Shown here: piece after piece, positions 42,223-50,413 of the stretch
Layout of the letters: each line of letters begins with the position of its first letter
Position numbering within the stretch: the first letter of the stretch is position 1
Assembly (NCBI GenBank): GCA_040285745.1
Contig: JAUFOR010000002.1
Span: 1,054,001 to 1,118,000 of the forward strand
Length of the DNA: 64,000 nt
DNA from: Barthelona sp. PCE
Taxonomy: Eukaryota
Reading direction: 5' to 3'
Program-made: the position numbers and the translations under genes
The notes under the pieces: generated by a model
Seen by the model: the letters and a program-made list of their open reading frames with translations, nothing else
The model's database searches: none
Told to the model about the DNA's origin: nothing

Positions 42223-43593
42223 ATGGTTAGAATCAACAATACACCGTCGAACACCAAACGTAATGGTCGTAAACCATACAAACCTGAAAAAAAAAACAAA
42301 AAAAGCAAAGGATCTACTCCTACAAGTAATTCCAGGCTTAACTTGGATACCCCACGTGTTTCTCTTCACATGGGAGGGAAGAATTATATATTAACACCTG
42401 TTACAGAGGATTTTCCTGTAACTAGTGGGGCTAGTGAGTTACAACCACTTAAATTATCACTTCCAGAGCCCGAAGAAACGAATATATCGTGCTTTTTTAT
42501 CGATATTTCATTATTCTATAAGATCGATGCTGTCCAGGTTGTTTTGTGCAAAAATAAGACATTAGAGGAAGCTAAGAATGACATCATCAGGCAGATAACG
42601 AAGATGGGATTCACAATCCCATACATAGTATACTTTTCGCAAAACAAACGACCTCTTAGTTATGAATTGCCGTTACACATGCTAGATAATGATGTTCCTC
42701 TCACACTGGAGCCATCAATCCATGCGAAACGGACGCACTCATCAACACAGATAGTATCAAGCGAGCCACCTAGGAAGTTACAAGCCTCAAGTCAAGTCTC
42801 ATTGGAAGAGCCAAGAAATCATACTGAGAGTCAGTTCGACATCCCAACGGAGTGCTCTGAGCCCGATGTGCCAGATAACAAAGATGTGGTTGTGCCAGAG
42901 ATCGAAATAACTCGAACATCCCCAACACCTATTCCAACGCTGAACAGTGCTGCTGGTATGCCAACCCCGCCGAGGGAGATGACACAGGATGAGGGTATGG
43001 TTCCTGTCCCTGAAACAGTTGCTAAGATGCCTGCAGTCATCAACGAGAGTTCAGCTTATGATGTTTATTATGAATATGAGTATGATGAGGAGGAAGAAGA
43101 GAATGTGACAGAGGCTACACCCACAGAAGAAAATGTCCTTAAAGACATTGCTCTTAAACCTGTTGAAGAGCCAACTGTGTTAAAAGACGTGGATACTAGC
43201 ATTCCTATTGAGACTGTTACTGCAGAGACAGAAGAATACGATGAGTATGACAAGGGCACAGATTCAAGTGACAGCGAGGAATCAGACATTGAAATGGAAG
43301 TATCAAAAACACCGACTTCAAGAACATTCATTGCTGAGAAGAGTACTCCAGAACCCAAAACTGCTGCTATGATCCCACCAAGGATGCCGTCGAGTGAGCT
43401 CATCCCCACACAGGTGGTTCCAAAGCAATCAATGGATATATCCGGCTTTGCTAATCTTTTTGATGCATCCCCTGCACCGCGTCGTGTTCCAACCCCAAAA
43501 GCTCCTCTGGGTGTCATTGAGCCTGTACCCAGTCCGGCTATTGTGGCTGCACAGCACAAAAAGAAACGTAGGGTTAGACGAATGACAAAATAA
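42223..43593 (+). CDS. Hypothetical protein with basic termini, a possible ubiquitin-like domain and a long acidic/Pro-rich region
   Basis: 456 aa ORF. The compact segment VQVVLCKNKTLEEAKNDI..LTLEP is ubiquitin-fold-like (weak). Confidence 0.7.
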   Translation: MVRINNTPSNTKRNGRKPYKPEKKNKKSKGSTPTSNSRLNLDTPRVSLHMGGKNYILTPVTEDFPVTSGASELQPLKLSLPEPEETNISCFFIDISLFYKIDAVQVVLCKNKTLEEAKNDIIRQITKMGFTIPYIVYFSQNKRPLSYELPLHMLDNDVPLTLEPSIHAKRTHSSTQIVSSEPPRKLQASSQVSLEEPRNHTESQFDIPTECSEPDVPDNKDVVVPEIEITRTSPTPIPTLNSAAGMPTPPREMTQDEGMVPVPETVAKMPAVINESSAYDVYYEYEYDEEEEENVTEATPTEENVLKDIALKPVEEPTVLKDVDTSIPIETVTAETEEYDEYDKGTDSSDSEESDIEMEVSKTPTSRTFIAEKSTPEPKTAAMIPPRMPSSELIPTQVVPKQSMDISGFANLFDASPAPRRVPTPKAPLGVIEPVPSPAIVAAQHKKKRRVRRMTK

Positions 43594-43654
43594 AACTGCA
43601 TTCAATTTTTTTTCTCTATTCCTTTCTGTTTTCAATTTTTATCAAACTGTATTG

Positions 43655-44902
43655 ATGTTATTCAAGGAGAAAACCTTGCTTTTAGTGTTTTCTTTAGGGT
43701 TCTTTATGTTTTTTGCGGTTCGTTTTGATAATGCAGTCCCTATTGACTTTTTTGAAGTTTTTGACAGCCAACATAATGATAATTCACAGGATTTTGAGCT
43801 TAAAATGGATTTGAATCTAACAAACAACACTCTACATACTTTTTTTGAGTCGGATTTATCATCGTTTGCAAAACATAGTAACTTCACGATTAATCAAGGT
43901 AAGTTTGAACATATAGAAAGATATTTCAGTGATAGAACCTTAATTGTGGAGGAAATTTCTGGAACTAATTATCTTGTAATTCCAAAAAATTTACAAAAGC
44001 CTTACCACGTTATCGTGGTTCAAATGGGGGACATAATAAGCGAGTGTGAATGGAGATCCGCTTTATTTGCACTAAATTTACTAACTGTTCACAAAACAAA
44101 ATTGGATATTCAAAACGTTGTTGTAGCATTCATTGACGGTGATATTGGAGCATATGAGTTCGAACGGCAGTTGAAATCCGCAGACACCTTGATCCCTGCC
44201 TTGATCGATGACTTCATCAACATCACAAATTTTTTTTGCTTAGATAAACCTCAAGTAACAATGACTAACAATGACGTCCATTTACTAAGGTCATTCAGCA
44301 AGTACTTTTCAGTGAGTAGAAATCACTCAAGATCCCTGTTTCGGCATATACCATGCGTAGCGTATTTTCAAGGTGATGGACATGCATCAGATCCTGATCC
44401 AGCTCTGCTAATGGCAACGATTGTGAAGGTTACGCAAACAAAGCATGCATTTTCTTGGTTAAACGTGTACCATAATAGATTATCAACGGAATTTCAAAAA
44501 AATAGCTTCATTTTATCTTTTTCACGAATGTCGATCATTATATCTCCTTTTTCGGTTATATTCCTTTCGATATACCTAGTTTTTCTTAGTTTCAAAGCTC
44601 TCAGAGGTACTTTAAAACCAATGAAACAAATTTACCACGTAATTGGAATAATTCAAATATGCTATCTTGGGTACAGTGCTATTTACATTCCTCTACGAAC
44701 GTGTGTTGTTCTTTTGATGACGCTACCGATGTTTAAAACTCGAGTGCATCGGAAATTCCGCTCATTCATCTTCTTCACAGAGCTTATTATCGTTTTTAAA
44801 CTCTTTTCTACATCTTTTAAAAGCCTTTTTGTATGCGAATATCTTCTATTTCTTACAATTATATGTTGGGCAAGACCCAGAAAATTTATCAATAGAAGCT
44901 AA
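43655..44902 (+). CDS. Membrane protein (N-terminal TM, luminal domain, 3-4 C-terminal TMs), possibly Gaa1/M28-like
   Basis: Topology from hydrophobicity. NVVVAFIDGDIGAYEF resembles an M28-fold strand-helix; the family call is weak. Confidence 0.55.
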   Translation: MLFKEKTLLLVFSLGFFMFFAVRFDNAVPIDFFEVFDSQHNDNSQDFELKMDLNLTNNTLHTFFESDLSSFAKHSNFTINQGKFEHIERYFSDRTLIVEEISGTNYLVIPKNLQKPYHVIVVQMGDIISECEWRSALFALNLLTVHKTKLDIQNVVVAFIDGDIGAYEFERQLKSADTLIPALIDDFINITNFFCLDKPQVTMTNNDVHLLRSFSKYFSVSRNHSRSLFRHIPCVAYFQGDGHASDPDPALLMATIVKVTQTKHAFSWLNVYHNRLSTEFQKNSFILSFSRMSIIISPFSVIFLSIYLVFLSFKALRGTLKPMKQIYHVIGIIQICYLGYSAIYIPLRTCVVLLMTLPMFKTRVHRKFRSFIFFTELIIVFKLFSTSFKSLFVCEYLLFLTIICWARPRKFINRS

Positions 44903-46249
44903 CTAATGTTCACTGATATAACTGAATGGGATAGTCGATGTCATCTTATCGACAGGTATTGAACGATATTCTTCACTATGTCCATCGTCTGCGATGATAT
45001 ATACACTTGGTAAAAAATATTGGACTTCTTCATACTGAAGATTAGTGTGCCTGACATCAATGCATTCTAAGGCTTTTAGTTGAACTAGAAATTCCTTGAG
45101 AATCCTTGGATTTATATTCATATGATGAAGTGTTAAGTGTTTGAGGTTCGGGCATTGTCTAACTATCAACGATACTATAGTAGCATCATGTGTAAATGTA
45201 CAAGAGTCAATCTCAAAGTATTCAAGCGTACTGGGTATATCTGCAATCATGGAATTATCAAGTTGTAGATGGGATAACAACAAACTTACTAGAGGGATGT
45301 GGAATAGGCTTACCAGAAGCACATCCTTAAGATTGACAAGAGAGAGATGACGGAGCTTCTTCATATGTACTAACTGATCGATATCATCTTCGGTCACCGA
45401 CAACTGACTCAAACCAAGCTTTTCGATGTTTGGGCTCAGTGAAATAACCTTCAACGACTTTGTTTTCAAGCGAGGGCAGTTGTCCAGGCCAATATACTTG
45501 AGACCTTGATTACTCAACAAAATGTGTGCGATAGCTTTGTGAGTAATGATACAGTTATTTAAAAAGAGTCCCTTCAATACTGTGGTGCTGGCGAGTAAAC
45601 TCAACAAAACATCGTCGCTAACTGATGCGCCTGCACATATTAAAACATCTTGTAAGCTTGTTAAGTGTGAGCCTGCGAATATTAAGCTCTCTCTGCTGAT
45701 TGCTGATATGTTGCGGAGATCGAGCGTGTGCACTTGGCTGAGGCGGTTGATAATATCCAATACATCATCTGCTGAAGCGTTCTCCGTTAATAATTGTAAA
45801 TCTGGTAATAAATGAGCTGCTTTCTTTTCACTCTGGTAACTGTCTGCGAAGAAGTTGATAAGAAGGGAGCGTGAGTAATCGCTGACAGCAAATTTATCAA
45901 GTATACCATTTGCAATACCTAAAAATCGCTTTGAAACTAATCTAAGCTTCGGTATCGTCTCAGGGCCCGCCTGCACTATGAGTTCGCGAATAACTGAATC
46001 CGGAAGATCGTTAATACTGGATATACGATTCAAACCTACTAATTTCACATCATTGAGTAGTTTTTCTCCAGATACACTGAAAGACTCGCACGCGCGCGCG
46101 ACTAGGTTGCCCATTGTTGCAAGAAAAGCATGATAGTGCTCATCTTCTGAATGAATATGACTACCAGAATGTAAATTACGTTTTGCGTTTCTTTGAGCAT
46201 TGGATATTCTCGAAAATGGTGAGAGCTCTTCTCTCTCCCGTTTTGACAT
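44903..46249 (-). CDS. F-box/LRR protein (FBXL-like)
   Basis: F-box SINDLPDSVIRELI..LRLVSKRF followed by cysteine-containing LRRs. Confidence 0.85.
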   Translation of the reverse strand: MSKREREELSPFSRISNAQRNAKRNLHSGSHIHSEDEHYHAFLATMGNLVARACESFSVSGEKLLNDVKLVGLNRISSINDLPDSVIRELIVQAGPETIPKLRLVSKRFLGIANGILDKFAVSDYSRSLLINFFADSYQSEKKAAHLLPDLQLLTENASADDVLDIINRLSQVHTLDLRNISAISRESLIFAGSHLTSLQDVLICAGASVSDDVLLSLLASTTVLKGLFLNNCIITHKAIAHILLSNQGLKYIGLDNCPRLKTKSLKVISLSPNIEKLGLSQLSVTEDDIDQLVHMKKLRHLSLVNLKDVLLVSLFHIPLVSLLLSHLQLDNSMIADIPSTLEYFEIDSCTFTHDATIVSLIVRQCPNLKHLTLHHMNINPRILKEFLVQLKALECIDVRHTNLQYEEVQYFLPSVYIIADDGHSEEYRSIPVDKMTSTIPFSYISEH

Positions 46250-46640
46250 TAAAAAATTTAGATTTAGATAAGATGGATGTTAAATCACAAAACAAAATAA
46301 TTACAAAGAGCTATATCACTTCATGCGTTAAATGTATATAAATAAGTCCTATGGCCGGATATAATATCCTTAACTCAAACACATACCCCAAAAAATCTGC
46401 AGGTTAAATCCCAGACTCTAAACGTCCTATTAAATAGCTTTTACATTTGTAAGTCTGAGATACATGCTCACACAATAGCACACCAGCCAGAAACATCATT
46501 GCAAAGTAGTGATAGTGATTTATTAGTACTCTGAGCTGTTGAACAAACTTGAAACGCAGCATCTACTCATCTTCATTCGGCCTGACATCATTTAAAAAGT
46601 GAAAAATCGTTACTTTGCGATATTCAACCCTATTCATTTG

Positions 46641-47807
46641 ATGTTCAACATTCTTAAGTCCTTCGGGCAACCAGCAGAGGAAACAAAGCCTGCGGAGCAG
46701 TTCGCAATGGGAGAAATCAGTCATCAAGGGCTGGTCGATTTTGTTAATGGTTTTAAGGATTCTAAAGTGCCTGTTTCAGAAGAATTAATCACTAGCCTTG
46801 GTCTTTTCCGCGATGAGATGATGAAGCTTCCCAACGTTGTACGTTTTGAGATTAAAGAAGCAGATCAGAAAGCAGTACTTGTTGGTGATCTGCATGGTCG
46901 TTATTTTGACCTTGTTCAGATTTTAGAGTACTACAACATACTTGAGGAGCCTGAGAAGATGCCTTACATTGTATTCAATGGTGATTTTGTTGATAGAGGA
47001 TACTATTCACTTGCTACTGTTGCTACTCTTGTGTATCTCAGGCATTTGTATCCTGGCAAGGTGTTTTTGAACAGAGGAAACCACGAAAGTGCTTATGCCA
47101 CTGTTTTATACGGTTTCAAATCACAGTTGATGCGTGATTACTCTGAAGAAGAAGGAAACGATATTTATAACGAGTTTCTGACTGTTTTCTACGCCCTCCC
47201 TTTGATCACCGTTGTACACGATTCCATTGCTGTTATTCACGGTGGTCTGAGCGTAAAAGCTGCTAATTTACCTGATGACTCTCCAAGAATTCAGGAAGGT
47301 AACGTCTCTTACCTAGACATTTGTCACACTTTGGGTGAAATTAACGCAATTAACAGATTCGGAGAGCCTGATTCCTGCCTCATTGTTGACAATTTGCTTT
47401 GGAGCGATCCTTCAGATTTGAATGAAGGAGCTCTCCAGCCCAGTTCTCGTGGTATGTCTTATCTCTTCCCTGGTAACTACACACGTCAGTTCCTGGACGC
47501 TAACAACCTAAAGATGCTTGTGCGTTCTCATGAATTGGTCAAAGAGCCTCGTAAGCAACATGAAGGCGTTTGTGTCACTGTTTTTAGTGCCGCTACCTAT
47601 GCAATGGAAGACAATGAAGGTTTTGTTTTAGAATTTACACAATCCTCTATTGATAACTATGAATTACCTCAGTTTGAATCTATTTATTTCCCTAGAGCAG
47701 ATGAACCAGGAGGAATTCATCCAGACCATAATCCTTTTATGACAATGCCTCCTTTGATTCAATTATTGTTAGCTCAACAGATGCAACCAATGCAGGGATC
47801 AGAATGA
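46641..47807 (+). CDS. PPP-family Ser/Thr phosphatase (PP5/PPEF-type catalytic domain, no TPR or EF-hand)
   Basis: Motifs GDLHG, FNGDFVDRG, NRGNHE, HGG, LLWSDP, RSHE and TVFSA. Confidence 0.92.
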   Translation: MFNILKSFGQPAEETKPAEQFAMGEISHQGLVDFVNGFKDSKVPVSEELITSLGLFRDEMMKLPNVVRFEIKEADQKAVLVGDLHGRYFDLVQILEYYNILEEPEKMPYIVFNGDFVDRGYYSLATVATLVYLRHLYPGKVFLNRGNHESAYATVLYGFKSQLMRDYSEEEGNDIYNEFLTVFYALPLITVVHDSIAVIHGGLSVKAANLPDDSPRIQEGNVSYLDICHTLGEINAINRFGEPDSCLIVDNLLWSDPSDLNEGALQPSSRGMSYLFPGNYTRQFLDANNLKMLVRSHELVKEPRKQHEGVCVTVFSAATYAMEDNEGFVLEFTQSSIDNYELPQFESIYFPRADEPGGIHPDHNPFMTMPPLIQLLLAQQMQPMQGSE

Positions 47808-47974
47808 TTAGAAAGAAAAAATTATAGCAAAATAAAAAAAAATAAAAAAAAATGAATTTAGTTTTATTTATTTTCAGTTTTGAATCCAATTCAATAACTT
47901 GAAAGTTTTGGGGGGTTTTGGGGTGGATTAATATGGTTGAAAAGCATTAAATTACATAATGTAAAGAAAAAATT

Positions 47975-48845
47975 CTACTCTTCAAATAACAGTGTGCAAC
48001 ATGGACTGTTGCAGTTGGATCTACGTCGATAATTATCAACTTGATCGATATCTTGATCAATTCCTTGAAATAAAGGTGTTGAAATAGAACGATCACGAAT
48101 ACGATATGATAAAAAGGGGGAAAACTCTCCCTCACTTGATCCAGTACTTGCTTCAAAACACGGTGACATGTTATCTTCAGACTCAGTCTCTGCTTCAGTG
48201 CACTCAAAATTAAAAGCTAAAGGATGAGTTTCAGTAAGTGAACGTAAACGGCGAGGATGCATGGGGGAATCAATACCATTGGAAAAAGAATTGGAACGTA
48301 ATATGCGATAGCTGCTGTGGTGCTCGCGGTCACAACAGTGAGCAATTTGCTCAAATTCACCATCATCCTGAGTAATATAGCCACCATTGCAATGCTCAGG
48401 GTATAACTCATAGAAACGTCTATATCCTCCCTCAAGAATGCCACAGTGCTCAAATTTTTGGAGACCAAACTCAGAGAATTCTGTACAAGTTCTTCTATCA
48501 AGATCAATAAATGTCTTCAATGTTTTAGGCCCTCTCTTTTGAGAATATTCACAATGAAAGACGAGTAACCACTCACTGTCAATTTCTCCGTTCTCAAAAA
48601 AGTCATGCAGTTCATCTTTCTTCCAGATGTGATGAGCTCCAGCAATATGCCCACCTTCAAACTCGTATGGGTAACGACAGTCAATAATCGCCGTCTTATG
48701 CATGCAGAAGACTTCATGTTCACCATTAAGTACCAAAGCAAGCTAAATGTAAGGAAATTATATTTCAAAAAAATCATACGTCTTCGGGAGAGATTACTCT
48801 GCTTGATTCTGTCAGTGAGCATGAGCTATATGTAATGGGTTCCAT
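47975..48845 (-). CDS. CDC25: Cdc25-type dual-specificity phosphatase, 2 exons (48845-48780, 48742-47975)
   Basis: IIDCRYPYEFEGGHIAGA, active site FHCEYSQKRGP and ILEGGY. Splicing restores RVISPED-LALVLNG. Confidence 0.93.
48743..48779 (-). other. 37 nt spliceosomal intron
   Basis: GTATGA...CCTTACATTTAG, phase 0, joining ATG 48845 in frame. Confidence 0.9.
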
Positions 48846-49185
48846 ATTTTTGAAAGAAACCCACTAAGAAATGTATAAAAGCCAATACACTTTCAACTAT
48901 GTATGCTCAATATTGCGCATGTTGATTCTGCGTTCTACCATCATAAATGAGCGAATCTCCAGCATCCAAATACGTGTAAATTTTACAAGACAGAAGCTTC
49001 ATCAGATTGAATTTTTGCCAAACCAATGGGCTCTAAACGCTTCAGTCATGCCAAAAATGGATAATTGTTCAATTTTGTTGTTATCAGATAAAAACAGTTA
49101 AAACTACACTACAGCACAATAAAATAGATGCCTCGGAATAAACAATGCTATCTCTGCAGTACAAATACGAAAAAAAGTACAGATC

Positions 49186-49362
49186 TTGTAAGAATATTTA
49201 ATAATTCGATTCTGAATATTCTACAATAATATAATCCATTGATATGTCGGTTTAGTTCAATTGTACCCGAGTGCATTGTACTAAACAGTGTATAAAATAA
49301 GCAAACGTGTAGAATTTCTTTTGCATAAGGATAACCCGGTTTATGTGGTTTAGTACATTGCA
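49186..49362. ncRNA. Candidate structured non-coding element (tandem hairpins)
   Basis: Inverted repeats at 49186-49226 and 49250-49286, plus a third arm copy at 49348-49362, in the largest ORF-free gap. Confidence 0.3.
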
Positions 49363-49571
49363 TATAGATTCTTTAACGGTTATTTTTTGAAAAAAAACAG
49401 AGCACTCATGGAGTATATGTTTTCAACCTTCTTTTCAATAAATGCGCAAAAAAGAAATACAATCGATCTTTCAAAAGGATCATTAGTCACTACGCACAAA
49501 TATTGAGCCAGAAATACTGCCAGAAAAAAATGTTTGATTTACTAGTTATCCTATTCGTTTTTCGGCACAGA

Positions 49572-50182
49572 TTACTGCCACATGATGTCTCTGTTACTTT
49601 CAGATACACGCTCATCCATGAACTCCCAATCATATCTTGCATACTGACCAGTAGGAACATTAGTACCTTCTTCAATAGCCTTACGTACCTGAGCACGTGA
49701 CTCTTCATACATCTGCTTTGAAGGACCAATGGGAAGCTCAAACTCTATATCACAATGAGGACAAAAAGCATCTGCTTCTTCATCAAAATCCAAAACATCA
49801 ACTCTGAATGTTTTCTTACAATCTCTGCACACGAGAGCGACCTCGTTGTGAATGTTCATTGAGTGATCTTCTGCACTATCATGACTAAATGTGAATAAAA
49901 AAATTTTTTAAAGTTTGTGAATAAAAAAAAGTATAACACACATGAAGCGCACTACAATATCGTGTACCAAACGCACTAATGATCTGGTTGATAACTGATT
50001 CAACATCATTAATCAAGAGATGAAAAAATGAATGTTCTTCAATGCAGCACCTTAAATTCTTCAATGAATGGACATTGGTCATCACAACTTTATGTATAAA
50101 CATGCCAAAAAATACATGGATACCATTTCTTGCAGCATGGTGTTCTGAGATTAACCTTATTATCTGGGAAGTGATCGCACAT
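49572..50182 (-). CDS. Small CHY zinc-finger protein, 2 exons (50182-50106, 49884-49572)
   Basis: Spliced product MCDHFPDNKVNLRTPCCKKWYPCIFCHDSAEDH...CRDCKKTF...FCPHCD is a complete CHY pattern. Confidence 0.88.
49885..50105 (-). other. 221 nt structured GC-AG spliceosomal intron
   Basis: GCATGT...ATTCACATTTAG, phase 2. Only this donor restores the frame and the CxxCH motif. Confidence 0.82.
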
Positions 50183-50413
50183 TGTGTATTTCAATAAATA
50201 AAATGCAAAAAAGTAATGAAAGGGTTATAAAGGGGATAACAATGTTTAGATGCATAGATGTACAGTTTTGACCCCTGAAGTGGCTTAAACTTCTATTTAC
50301 TTGCCATTTACCTCGGAAAAATATGGAATAGACCATAATTCACACTTGCGCATTTTTGTTTCAACAAATATTTCCCTTTTCATCGTTTTTTAACATCGTG
50401 GCATCATCCAAAC

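Noticed and set aside
46381-46386. Minus-strand GTATGT upstream of the F-box gene (possible orphan or trans-splice donor)
   Set aside because: No matching TTTAG acceptor lies before the ATG, and no open upstream exon runs into it.
47906-47926. TTTTGGGGGGTTTTGGGGTGG telomere- or G4-like run
   Set aside because: Only two units, in a 3' intergenic gap; too short to call a telomeric repeat or a stable G-quadruplex.
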